NCBI GenBank assembly: GCA_964456745.1 | Contig: CAYWBW010000004.1 | Coordinates: forward strand, 39,483-103,482 | Direction of reading: 5' to 3' | DNA from: an uncultured Candidatus Peribacteria bacterium | GTDB taxonomy: Bacteria > Patescibacteriota > Gracilibacteria > GCA-2401425 > JAJOLG01 | Length of the DNA stretch: 64,000 nucleotides | Made by a program: the position numbers and the translations under genes | Part shown: piece by piece, positions 12,434 through 24,341 of the stretch | Position numbering within the stretch: position 1 is the stretch's first letter | Layout of the letters: each line of letters begins with the position of its first letter | Notes under the pieces: generated by a model | What the model saw: only the letters and a program-made list of their open reading frames with translations | What the model was told of the DNA's origin: nothing | The model's database searches: none

Positions 12434-13444
12434 ATGAAGAATTTTAAAGAATATTTAACACATATATTAATAATCCTGCTAACATTTACAATATTTATAA
12501 GTTCAAATGTAAATGCAAGTTCCTCAATACCAAATAAAATAATATTTAATAAACATATGTACGAATGGTGAATACCAATAACCAGAACTTTAGTTTTTAG
12601 ATTTAGCCTATGGTCAGATTGAGACTATATCTTATCTGACATTCTCTGAGACTGATCAATTAATCAATCAAATCCCAACTTTAGTTAATATCAGGAAGTA
12701 CTGAATATAATTCCAAATTCAAAATGAAAATTTACATCAGATATTTGAACTATAAATCCGATTCCTTGAGTTAATGCAAATTTGCACAAATATTTGCAAG
12801 TTGAAATAAAAGAACTATGAGAAAATGACAACAAATTTGAAATACTGGATATTGATAATGATATAAATAACCAAACAGATAGAAAAAAAATTTGAATATC
12901 AACGTTTTCAATAGACTCTTCTAGTCTTGATAATAACAAGATTTGAAATAATCAGTGAGACATTGCCCTCTTATCAGAAAATTGAGTATTTAATTCAGAC
13001 AGAATTCCAAATAACACTAATAATACTCAGTTTACAATAAATTGCTGAGATAACAACTGAGATATAAAGTTAATCTTCGGTCAAGCCATAAACAAAGTTC
13101 TAAAATGGGCACAAACATCCAGTCAGTTTGAGTTTTGAGACAGTTTGAAAATTTGGTGAAATCTTATTGTTAATTGAGAAATCGAATCAAATTGAAAAAA
13201 TGTTGATGAATATTTAGACAGGATAGATACTCTTGAAGTAAAAATTAAAGAATTAGAGTTGTTAATATCAAATCACAATCACAATTGATGAAATGATGAT
13301 GATGATGATGATGAAGAAGAAGATGATGAAAATTGCAAAGATGCTAAAAAATGAAAATGACATTGTAAAAGCTGAAAATGAAAAAAGAAATGACATGAAA
13401 AAAATCATCATGAAGAAGAAGATGATGAAGAAGAAGATGATTAA
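12434..13444 (+). pseudogene. secreted protein gene interrupted by a single in-frame TAA (codon 85); otherwise a 336-codon frame
   Basis: ATG 12434 and signal peptide MKNFKEYLTHILIILLTFTIFISSNVNA. TAA at 12686-12688 was verified codon by codon. The same frame then stays open for 251 more codons to TAA 13442-13444, with no ATG near the restart. C-terminus is NHNHNGGNDDDDDDEEEDDE...KGHEKNHHEEEDDEEEDD. Confidence 0.5.
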
Positions 13445-13694
13445 TAAGATTGTAATAATAACAAAAATATAAATGGTTATTAATGAAAATTGAAAATGAA
13501 ATTAACTTGAGAAAAATTAATAAATCAAATACCTAATTCAACATAAGGCTTCTACAATTGGATTTTTCTAACCATCCTTTGCAAAAGGATAAAAAATCTT
13601 AAGAGAATATATTCCAATATTTACTTCTCTTGAAAACAAGAAAAACTATCATAATTAATTAATATACTATAAGTTATTTTTAAAATATAATAAT

Positions 13695-14939
13695 TTGAAA
13701 ATTTACCTTAAAATACGCTCAGTATTATTAATAAGTATAATAATTACTTCATTAATTCCATTAAATTTATTTGCTCAAATAAATAATATTTGAAGTTTTT
13801 CTTCATATATATCAAATATCTTTAACATAGAAGATAAACAACAAAGAATTAACATAATTGAAAACAGAGTAAATGGATTCTCAGACCCAAAAAGAAAGAT
13901 TGCTTTTGTTAGAAAAATTATTTCTGAGTGACTTAAAACTGAAGAAAATGATCTATTAGTTTTTAAATGATGATCATCACGTGTAAGTGTTAAAAAAGCA
14001 CCCGATACTCAAAAATGAGTTTATTTAAGGGTTGATGTTTTTAATCACAAATCATGAAAAGAAATCATTGAAAAAATTATAGATTCAAAGATAAATTCGA
14101 TTGTAGTTGATGTAAAAGAATATTGAAATTTGTTTTATGATTCAAATATCCCACTTGCAAATTTGAAATGACTTGAAAAAGTTTTAATAAAAAATATTAG
14201 ACAAAATATTAGTGATCTTAAAAACAATTGAATATACACTATTGCAAGAGTTGCTGTATTAAAAGATCCTAAACTTGCAAGAATCTACCCTCTCAAATGA
14301 ACAAATAATTTAGCATTTGATGGTCAATGGGTTGACTGAAGTAGTAAAGAAGTAATTTCTTATCACAAAGAAATTATAAAGGAACTCTCAGAAATTTGAT
14401 TTGATGAAGTTCAATTGGACTATATAAGGTTTCCAACTGAAAAATTTTATCAACAATGAATACAAAATAAAACTGCAAGGACAGATATAATTACAAATTT
14501 TGTTAAAGAAATGTATAAGCAATCAAAACAAAGTAATATAGCACTTTCTATAGATACATTTTGAATAACAGCATGGTATGTAAGTTCTGATATTAAAAGA
14601 ACTGGCCAAGACATAAAACAACTAATAGAGCATGTCGATTTTATATCTCCAATGATATATCCTAGTCATTTTAGTGAGTGATTTTGATGATTTCATAATT
14701 ATAATAATCCTTATCCTATTATTAGCACAGCAAACAAGAAATTAACTGAAGCAATCTGAGCACATAATATAACCAAAGTGAGACCCTGGCTTCAATGATT
14801 TAGATACAAATCGCCAACATTTTGAGTAGATTATATTTACAAACAAATGCTTGCTTGTAAAGATTATTGAATTAATTGATATTTAATATGGACACCGACT
14901 ATTTGATACAGTTCTAGCATACAGGCTGCTGCAAGATAA
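13695..14939 (+). CDS. DUF4015-like putative glycoside hydrolase, secreted (414 aa); TTG start
   Basis: Frame is open from 13659 with no ATG. TTG 13695 precedes signal-like KIYLKIRSVLLISIIITSLIPLNLFA. Has IVVDVKE..., FDEVQLDYIRFP and DFISPMIYPSHF, as in the DUF4015 TIM-barrel family. Confidence 0.65.
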
Positions 14940-14995
14940 ATTTGACTAATGATAGTATTGTTATATACTAAATTCCCTATTTTAAAACGGTTTTT

Positions 14996-15811
14996 ATGAA
15001 TGTCAAATTATCGATCATTAAAATAATAATTTTACTGTTAAGCATTTTAATTTATTCAAATTATGTTAACGCAAATACTAGCATAACTTTATCAGAACAA
15101 ATTAATATAAATGATAACATATACTCAATTGAAACAAGTATTCCAATAAAATACCAGCAAGCATGAATTATACAAAAGCTATCATTTGGTAAATCTAATT
15201 TTTCATGATCGATAGCCAGCAGAGTTCATAACATAATCACAGTAGCAAAACAATTTGATTGAACAATTATTAAAAAATGAGAAACATTTTCTTTCAATCA
15301 AATACTTAAATCAGTACATGCAAGATATTGATATGTTAAGGATCAAATTATTAAATGATGATCAATCATATGGGAACAAGGATGATGAGTATGTCAATTA
15401 TCAACCACAATATTAAGAGCTGCAATGAATGCATGACTGGAAATACAAAACTTTAGGAATCATACTTATGCAATCCCATATTACAAACCATACTGATTAG
15501 ATTCAGCTATTTATATGCCATATCTTGATTTAAAATTTAAAAATAATAGCCCATGAGATATATACATACAAACTATGATTATTGATTCAGAACTTATTGC
15601 AATTTTTTATTGAAGTAATGATGGCAGAAAAGTAGATATCAAAGGACCATTTATAAATCAAAATATAAAAGAAAGTCAATTGTCTGCAAACTTAAATTTA
15701 GTTGAAAATTCAAAAAAACTGGATTACAAAAAATTTATAGTTCAATACATTAGAACAATTGAACATAAATCATGAGAAAAAATCAAAGAAATATTTACTT
15801 CAAAATATTAA
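14996..15811 (+). CDS. VanW-family protein, secreted (271 aa)
   Basis: Signal peptide, then FSFNQIL and GGGVCQLSTTILRAAMNAGLEIQNFRNH, the VanW core signature. Confidence 0.75.
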
Positions 15812-15892
15812 GGACATAACAAAATAAACAACAAATATCAAACTTGACCCTGGTTTTAAAATCATTATTTTAAATTTATTAATAAAATAACT

Positions 15893-16312
15893 ATGAATAA
15901 ATCCAAGCTTATATTTTGAATATCAATTACAATAAGTTCACTCATACTAACTAGCTGCCTATGAAACTATTGAAAAAAAGAGATATCAGAAAGCAATCAA
16001 GCTCATGTTAAGGATTGATCATATTCTGTTAGACAAAAATATATAGCTTGAGATAATTGAGAATACAATTTTTATATTGATGTTAACCTCGATATAAAAA
16101 ATAAAACAATATCTAAAATTGAAGTTATTTGAGATCCTGATGGAAAATGATCAGTTTGATATGCAGAAGAATTTAAAAAATCCATTAAAGAGAAAGTTAT
16201 TTGAAAATCAATTGATCAAGCAAAAGAGTGATGATATCTAAGTTGATCCTCATTAACATCAAAAGCATTTTCTGATGCACTTGATACAATAAAGACTCAA
16301 AGCATAAAATAG
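15893..16312 (+). CDS. FMN-binding-domain lipoprotein (139 aa)
   Basis: Lipobox LILTSC. The C-terminal SGSSLTSKAFSDAL resembles the flavinylated S/T motif region of FMN_bind domains. The stop abuts the apbE start. Confidence 0.6.
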
Positions 16313-17197
16313 ATGTTAATCAAAAAAGAAAAAGAGCTTCTTTGAACAATCTTTAGCATTGAAGTTAATTCTTCATTTTCGAAAAATACTGTTATAAAAG
16401 ATATTGAAAATGCTTTTTCAATTATAAGTGATTTTGAAGGAAAATATTCAAGGTTTATTTCAGATAACAATTTATACAAATTAAATAACAATCTAAGAAA
16501 ATGGAACAGTATATCTGATGAAATGTTTTATATCTTAACAATATGAAAAGATCTAGAAGAACTAAGCAATAATGCATTTTCACTAAGTGTAAAAAATGTA
16601 TTAGATAGTTGGTGATATAATCAAAATTATGAACTTGATAAAGAATTTCCAGTAAAAACAACATGAGAATTCCTCTTATCGAAAAACAAAAGTCAAGTTT
16701 TCTTAAATTCTCCTATTGAAATATGAGCAATCTGAAAATGATTTGTAATTGATAAAATTCTTAAAATATTTAAACAATATAAAAACATATTCATTAATGC
16801 AGGATGAGATATTTATGCGCGATGAACAAATAATGATTGAAATAAATACAAGGCTTTCTTAGAACATCCAACAGATAAAGATAAAATAATTGGAGAAATA
16901 ATATTAGATGACGGTTTTTTAGCCTGAAGCAGTGCTAATAAAAGAAAATGGAGAAATAAACATCATTTAGTAAATATGAATACAATAAAACCTGCAAATC
17001 ATATGCTGGCAAGTTTTGTTCAAGGAGATAGTTGAATACTGTCAGATGGATACTCTACAATGCTATATTCAATGTGATATGAAAACGCTTTAAAATTAAT
17101 AAAACTAAAGAACATCTCAGCACTTATTGTATCACAACATTGAGATATATATAAATCAAAAGACTTCGCATGATCAATATACAAATATAAGAACTAA
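16313..17197 (+). CDS. apbE: ApbE-family FAD:protein FMN transferase (294 aa)
   Basis: ATG 16313 directly follows TAG 16310-16312. Has GAIGKGFVIDK and INAGGDIYA, typical of ApbE. Confidence 0.8.
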
Positions 17198-17203
17198 CAA
17201 GAT

Positions 17204-17246
17204 AAAGATGTTTGATAAACTTCAATTTTGTCTATCAAACATCTTT
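17204..17246. terminator. perfect 14-bp-stem hairpin between convergent genes (bidirectional terminator candidate)
   Basis: AAAGATGTTTGATA (17204-17217) pairs with TATCAAACATCTTT (17233-17246). Lies between the apbE stop (17197) and the FKBP gene stop (17270). Confidence 0.6.
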
Positions 17247-17269
17247 ATAAATCATGTAATTGATAATTA

Positions 17270-17824
17270 TTAATTTATTTTTAATAATTGAACATCAAAA
17301 ATTAATGTAGATCTAGCTGGAATTGGTCATCTAGGAGCTTCTCAATATCACATTGCATAAGGAACATGAACTCTTCTAAGTTCTCATACTTTCATTCAAA
17401 CAATTCATTTTTCCCAACCTTGAATAACTTGTCAATTTCAAATTATAAAATTAAATGGCTGCTTTCTATCTACACTTGAATCAAATTTACTTCAATCAAT
17501 AAATCTTCATAAATAATGTACACTCACTTTATCTCAATTTTTTACCTCATCTCAAGATCAATCTGATAAAATCTCAGTTTTAAGATCACTAACATCTTTA
17601 AAAGCTAACTTTTCAGTCATTTTAATTTTTGTATCAATAACATTTGAATTTGAATCTTTTTCATCATCTTTAGATTCTGGAATTTCCTGATTAGAATCAG
17701 GAAGTCTTCCTGAATCTTCAATACTTGTATCAGATGAGTTATTTTCCACTTTTTGATCAGTAGATCAACATGCAGTTAATAAAGCCAATAATGAGCTTAG
17801 AAGTAAAATTAGTAATTTTTTCAT
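17270..17824 (-). CDS. FKBP-type peptidyl-prolyl cis-trans isomerase lipoprotein (184 aa)
   Basis: Lipobox LLTAC, then an acidic linker, then VHYLGRFIDGSKFDSS...FNFIIGNGQVIQGWEKGIVGMKVGE...YGEAPRGPIPARSTLIFDVQLL. Confidence 0.85.
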
Positions 17825-18032
17825 TTATTTTAAGTTAGATTAATATTACTAATATTATTTATAAAAATGATAATGTAAAATTATAATTAAAAAAATTGTA
17901 AATTTCTATCAATAGTACATATTAAAATATCATATTAAGAATTATAGTAAATGTTTTTTTATTGTAACAACAAATATTTAAAACTAGATTATATAACCAA
18001 ATTATTAATTAAATATGTTAGCAGAAAAATAA

Positions 18033-20603
18033 ATGGAGAAGGAAATATCAATATATAGCCATGTTGATTTGATAGGATATGTTTGAGAATTAAATAAAAG
18101 AGACAATATTAATAAAAAATTGGCTAAAAAGTTTTGGAATGTTTTTTTTGAAACAAGAAAGCAGTTGTTTATAATTCAAGATTGATTTTTAGTAGTATGG
18201 AATCAAGCTTTTGAAGATGCATACAAAAAAAAATTAAATAGTATCACAACCTGAGAAAAAATAACTTGTAGCGAAGTAACTCATTCAGATGGGGAATGTT
18301 GATCTAAGCTCTGTCCTTGTCCAATTGATTTATCAAAAAGTTGTAATTGAAATTATGCTATAGATGACCATATACATACTAACAAAGACTGAATTGCATT
18401 TATATCTGAAGTTTGAGTAATACAGCTGAAAAATATTTTTTCACAAAAAATGCGTAAAAAACACAAAGATAAAATAAGATTCTCTGTACATACATCAAAT
18501 TCTAGTATATTTTTACATACTTCAAAAGATGTAACAGATCAAAGATTACTGGAGAAAAAAGCAAGCAATGAACATGATGCAAATATTCGTGCAAATCAAG
18601 CAAATGAAAGTTCAAAACTACTTCAACAGGCTCTGCATGCTGCAGAGACTGCAAATAAAAAAGCGCAAATCGCAAATGCTGCCAAAAGCTCATTTCTTGC
18701 GAATATGAGTCATGAATTAAGAACCCCGTTACATGCCATAATGTGAGTAACCGAGAGACTTCTTCTCAGTGACAACACAGACAGCACGCTTTCTGATTCA
18801 GAAACAATTAGACTACATACAATGATTCAACGATCAGCAAATATTCTAACCTCCTTAATAGGTGATATATTAGATTTAACAAAAATAGAAAACTGAGATT
18901 TTGAACTCGATAGAAAATCTTTTAATTTAAAACAATTTATAGATAATATCTTTGAAATATTTATTGTTTCTGCAAATAATAAAAATATTAATTTAGAACT
19001 AGAATATGATGAATCTTTAACAAAATATATTGTTACAGATTCCGATAGACTGAGTCAAATTCTTATAAATATAATTTGAAATGCAATAAAATTCACAAGC
19101 GAGTGATGAGTAATGCTAATTTGTAAAAACACAGATAGCTGAATATATTTTGAAATTCAAGACTCATGAATTTGAATAGCAGCAAGTAATTTAAAAAAAG
19201 TATTTTATGATTATCAACAAGCGAATCTAAGTATAAGAAAAAAATTTTGATGAACATGACTCTGACTTGCAATCTCAAAAAAACTTGTATCTCAAATGTG
19301 ATGAACTCTTAAAGTTAATAGTATAATTAATGTATGATCAACTTTTTATTTCACTTTACCATTAACTATTGGAGATGAACCATTAGCTGAACTTAAAGAT
19401 TCCTCAGAAATGAAAAATTGCTTTAAATGAAAAAATGTTTTACTAGTCGAAGATAATATAGTTAATCAAGAAGTTACAAGTCTTCCATTAAGTTATTTTT
19501 GATGTGAAATTACAATAGCAAATAACTGACAAGAAGCAGTGGACTTATACAAAAAAAGGGATATTGAATTTGATATTATTTTAATGGATTTACAAATGCC
19601 TGAAATGGATGGTGTAAAAGCAACAGAAATCATACGCACATTTGAAAAAAGGAACAAGATTTCGAAAATCCCAATTATTGCTCAAACATGAAACGTTCTC
19701 AGTGAACAAAAGAGAGCATGCCTTGAGGTGTGAATGAATGATTTTATTACAAAGCCAATTAAGAAAGAAACTTTAGCAATAGCTATGCGTGAACATTTAT
19801 TATCTCAAAATTCTACAACATCATTTACTACTCCAAATCTTTACGGAAGCTATGCAAATATTGAAATGCTGCATAGACTAAAAACAAATATATGAGAACT
19901 TAAAAATAATGATATAATTCAGCAAACAATAAATAATTTATTAGAAGTAAAAGATAAATTATTCTTAATTAATAATGATATAAATACAAAAAGCTTATTA
20001 ATAATTCTTGGGGAAATTGAAGACATTTGTACTGCATATTGAATTAGAATTTCTATATTAATAACAAAATTAAAAAAGAGTAAAACTGATTTACATATTC
20101 CCATAATAGAAATTAGAAAAATTGAAAATGAATTAACTAATACAATTGAATTCTTTCTAAATATATACAAAAACTGAATTAATATAGCAGCACCAAAATG
20201 AAATTCTTTAATATTAGATGTTGAAGAATTTAACATGAGTGAGTTGCTAGAAAATCAATTCAGTAAAAAAATACGAGAATTACAAAAAGAAGACATGGCA
20301 GAAATCATTATTACAACTTATTTAGAAGATTTTGACAAAGCCACTGAGAGGATTAAGAATTCAGTCAATAATATTGATCCATCAGAACTAAGAGAATCAG
20401 CACATTATCTAAAATCATCTGGTGATTCACTGGGAACAGTTAGAATGCGAAAAATTTGCCATTGGCTTGAAAGATTATGAATGTCATGAGATAAATTAAG
20501 AATAGATAGTGATGAAGCAAGAGATGTATTAAAAATATTTGATAATGAAATAATAATTATAAAAAGATATTTAGAACCTCATTTAAATTGATCAAAAAAA
20601 TAA
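18033..20603 (+). CDS. soluble hybrid sensor histidine kinase: Cys-rich N-terminal sensor, HisKA, HATPase_c, REC, HPt (856 aa)
   Basis: 2571-nt ORF with TGA=Gly. H-box [13 protein letters not shown]; N/G boxes NIIGNAIKFT, DSGIGI, GGTGLGL; REC LLVEDN...[12 protein letters not shown]...KP; C-terminal HPt [13 protein letters not shown]. The N-terminal 150 aa have no TM helix and contain [27 protein letters not shown]. Confidence 0.85.
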
Positions 20604-20655
20604 ATATATTTGCAGTAAAGAAAGAATTTCATAAAATAAAATTATAAATTAGTTT

Positions 20656-21552
20656 ATGGATACAACAAAATTTATCTGGATGAATTGAAAGTTAGTCAAA
20701 TGGGACGAAGCTAAGATACATATACTTACTCATACTCTTCATTATTGATGATGAGCTTTTGAGTGAATAAGAGTTTATAAATGAAAGAAATGACCAGCTA
20801 TTTTTAGATTAGATGATCATGTTGAAAGATTTTTTTATTCTGCCTCCTCTATAAAAATAGAAATACCATATTCCAAAAAAAAAATTAAATCTGCAATTAT
20901 TAAAACAGTTAAGGAAAATGAGCTACAAGAGTGATATATCAGACCACTTGCTTATTTTTGATATTGAAAAATGTGATTAAATCCAAAATGAGCACCATCA
21001 GAAGTATCCATAGCATGTTGGCCATGGTGAGATTATCTTCCAGAAAAGATTGATGTCAAAATTACAAAATATATAAGAATACATCCGAAATCTAGCATTA
21101 CAGATGCTAAAATTACCTGACACTATGTTAACAGCATACTATCTGTACAACAAATTGAGTGAAGTAAGTATCAAGAGGCTTTGTTACTCGACTATGAATG
21201 AAATATTGCAGAATGACCATGAGAAAATTTTTTCATTGTTAATGATTGAAAAATTACCACACCTCCCACATGAGCAATATTAAAATGAATAACACGCAGA
21301 ACTGTTTTTGAAATATGTGATTATTTATGAATAAAAATAGAGGAAAAAAATATAAAACCAGAAGAGGCCTTTGCTGCAGATGAATCGTTTTTTTCTTGAA
21401 CGGCAGCTAAAATCACTCCAATTTGCTCAATTGATGATAATATAATTTGAAATTGAAATCCTGGTGTAGTATCTAAGAAAATTAGAGATACATATAGGGA
21501 TATTGTTACTTGAAATAATGAAGATTTTGTTCAACATCTAACTTTTATTTAA
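20656..21552 (+). CDS. ilvE: branched-chain amino acid aminotransferase (fold type IV), 298 aa
   Basis: Has HTLHYGGGAFEGIRVY, YIRPLAYFGYGKMGLNP, EGPGENFFIV, PTGAILKGITR and ESFFSGTAAKITPI. Confidence 0.85.
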
Positions 21553-21632
21553 TTAGCGCTAAAAGCATCACAATCTATTGCAATTAGAAAATTTTATTGT
21601 AGTATTTGCCTCCTATTTTAATCACGCGCTAT

Positions 21633-22814
21633 ATGTCTTACTTATTTTTCATTTGAAGGTATGCAATGCTAATATGAATGCTTTCTCTTATTTGATTTTG
21701 ATTTTGATTTTCAAAAGTTTACCTAGATGACTTTCAGCTTACTACAAAAACCCAGTTATTTCTTACAATCGCTGTAAAATCTGATAATTCAAGCATAAGA
21801 GAAATTGAAGAGGCTTCAACTCATTTTTGACAAACTTTAATGTGATGGTTTTCTAATCCAGCTTTTCGTTCACAAGTAATGTCTGAAATAAATTCAGACT
21901 GAGTATCAATTTCTGCTTTTAAACAAGAAAGACAAAATATGATAATTGAAATCATTTCACCAAATAAGAAAATAAATGACCTGCTCATCAAATCAGCCTA
22001 TTACACTTTAAATGAGAAAATTAAAGAATACAATTCTAGATCAAATGTAAAATATATGACATTTGATCAAGGCAGGGTAACAACTATGTCTCCAATTAAA
22101 AACATTAGCATTCCTATTGCATGACTGCTTATTTGATTCATGATTGCTATTATGATACTGCTTCTCTATGAAAGCCTTGGCTGATCTGTATCTAATATAG
22201 ATCAGATTGAAGAGTTATTATGAAATTCCGCTTTGGATATAATTAATTCTGACTGGGCATTAAATGACTATACACTTATTTCTGTAGCCATGCTAAAAAT
22301 GAAACCGATTGTCATTCTAGCTTGAGTAAATATAAATACAGATATCTTAGCAGTATCAATTGCACAAAGACAAAGCTTTTTCTGAGAACAACTTGCTCTT
22401 GTTGATTGAGATCTTCAAAAAAGAATACTTCAACATACCCTATGACTTTCATTGAGACTTAAAAATTTAAAATGATATACCGATATCCAAAATGATATCG
22501 ACCTTAAAGCAAAAGAAAAGATGTGATTTTGAGAAAAGCCACAAGATCTAATATTTTTGCAAAATACCCTAGATGAAAATTTGAAATTTGTTCCTGCATG
22601 AACATGAAATAAATTCTTAACACAAATATTTACAAATATCTCAGAAAGAATGAAAACTCTTATACACACTCAACTCCCTGAAAATGTTGAAGTACTGAGA
22701 TTAAACAAAGCAAGCCTTGTTCTTGTTGTAAAACTTTGAAAAACTAAGATTTCTGAATTAAAGAGGATAAAAGAAGTTTGGGATGATGAAATTAGATATA
22801 TCGTGGTAAAATAA
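21633..22814 (+). CDS. Wzz-like/BY-kinase-like membrane protein with degenerate P-loop (393 aa)
   Basis: Two TM segments flank a periplasmic-type segment. The C-terminal domain (VILAGVNINTDILAVSIAQ...LVDGDL) resembles CpsD/CapB ATPases but lacks a GK(S/T) Walker A. Weak assignment. Confidence 0.45.
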
Positions 22815-22828
22815 CTTCAATAATAATA

Positions 22829-23407
22829 TTAAGAAATTACCTCTAGAATAGCTAAAGGATATATTTCTTGCTCTAAAATTTGAATTTTACTTTTTAAACT
22901 CTCAATTGTTTCTCAGCTCTCTACCTTGAGCTCTCTTTTCATAATTATTTCTCAAGTATCCACACCTTCATCTATATAATGAACAGTGCATCAACTTATC
23001 TTCTCTCAAGCCTCTAAAGCATCTTTGATTGCATGAGCTCAAGGAAATTTTGGCAACAAAGAAGGATGAATATTTAATATATTTTTATTCCATTTTCTAA
23101 CAAAATTCTTTGAAATAATATGCATCCATCATACACAGATAACTAAATCAATATTTTTAGACTCCAAAATTGCATCAATTCTTGAATATACATTATCACG
23201 ATCTTCATTCTTTGTTTTAACAATATGAGTTTCAATATTGTTATCATGAAATTTTGATATAGCTCATATAAAATCATGATTAACAATAGCTACTACAATT
23301 TCGCATTTTCATTTAAGAACTCATGATTTGATTGATGACATTATCGCAGGAAAATCACTAGCATTAGAAGAAGCAAATACTGCAATTCGTACTGTTTTAT
23401 TTTGCAT
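22829..23407 (-). CDS. purN: phosphoribosylglycinamide formyltransferase (192 aa)
   Basis: Has RIAVFASSNASDF, LVICVGWMHII, NIHPSLLPKFPG and GCTVHYIDEGVDTGEII. Confidence 0.85.
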
Positions 23408-23419
23408 TACAATAAATTA

Positions 23420-23977
23420 TTATTTAGCTCTTTCTTTATACTCTCAAGTCTGTGTATTAATAACTATTTTTTCTCACTCAGTAATAAACAAAGGAACTTG
23501 TACAACAGATCAAGTCTCCAAGGTAGCTGGCTTTGATCAACCGGTAGCAGTATCTCACTTTAATCATGGACCCGTTTCAGCCACTTCTAAAACTACACTA
23601 GGAGCGAGTTCAATATTAATAACATTTCAATTCCACTTTATAACACTAACATCCATATTATCTGCTAAAAAGTTTACTTGATTTCACAACTTTTCAGAAG
23701 AAAATTCAAATTGATCAAAGGTCTCATTATCCATAAAAAAATAATCATCTCAAGACTTATAAAGATACTGAGCTCTTCATGATACGATATCTGCGTCATC
23801 TAAGTTTTCTCAAGACATAAAAGTTTTTTCAACTATATTTCAATTTAAAAGATTCTTCATTTTAGTAATCATCTTTGCAGATCATCTAGACTGAGGTCTC
23901 AATGTATAAGTTAGCACGGTCCATGGCTCACTATTCATCATAACTTTCATACCAGTTCTTAATTTTGAAGCTTCCAT
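23420..23977 (-). CDS. efp: elongation factor P (185 aa)
   Basis: Has LRTGMKV...EPWTVL, KMKNLLNGNIVEKTF, YLYKSGDDYFFMDNETFDQ and ETGPGLKGDTATGGSKPATLETG. Confidence 0.9.
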
Positions 23978-24142
23978 AAAACTAATTAGTTAAAGATTAA
24001 ATTTGTGTTAAAACAGTAGCTCTATTAAGCTATAGATAAAATGCAAATTATATATTTACAATATAACATATATAAAAATATAAGAATAGAACATTTGATT
24101 TTTTCTATATTAAAAAGTAAAATAAAAAAGCTATTTAAAAAT

Positions 24143-24217
24143 GGCCTCATCGTCTAGTGGTTAGGACACTGCCCTCTCACGGCGGAAACAGGGGTTCAAT
24201 TCCCCTTGAGGCTACCA
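24143..24217 (+). tRNA. tRNA-Glu (anticodon CUC), CCA encoded
   Basis: GGCCTCATCGTCTAGTGGTTAGGACACTGCCCTCTCACGGCGGAAACAGGGGTTCAATTCCCCTTGAGGCTACCA folds as a cloverleaf. Acceptor GGCCTCA/TGAGGCT, anticodon stem CTGCC/GGCGG, loop CT-CTC-AC, T-arm AGGGG/CCCCT. Closely resembles bacterial tRNA-Glu. Confidence 0.85.
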
Positions 24218-24341
24218 ATTTCCATAACAATAGCATCCATCATTCTCTCAGAATACAAAGTCATATCTCTTTCATGAATATCAACAAATTTAACATTAGT
24301 TCAAATCTCTATTTTGCTGTGTTTAATATTTACAGGTTTAA

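Noticed and set aside
13280-13444. Tandem repeat or microsatellite (GAT/GAA/AAA runs), and TTTGA x3 at about 21690-21712
   Set aside because: Both lie inside coding frames and translate to low-complexity peptide (an Asp/Glu/Lys tail, and GFGFGF in a TM segment). They are not CRISPR or intergenic repeat arrays. No CRISPR-like repeat-spacer structure was seen anywhere in the window.
13561-13600. Hairpin ATCCTTT-GCA-AAAGGAT (13574-13590), flanked by GATTTTT/AAAAATC, as terminator of the 12434-13444 gene
   Set aside because: No T-tract follows the stem on the + strand, and the flanks could extend the stem instead. It is a plausible structure but not convincing enough to annotate as a terminator.
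24143-24217. Possibility that this tRNA is the UGA-decoding tRNA-Gly(UCA), because the anticodon loop contains the string TCA
   Set aside because: With the 5-bp anticodon stem CTGCC/GGCGG the 7-nt loop is C-T-CTC-A-C, so the anticodon is CUC (Glu). The body closely resembles bacterial tRNA-Glu. The TCA string is out of register.
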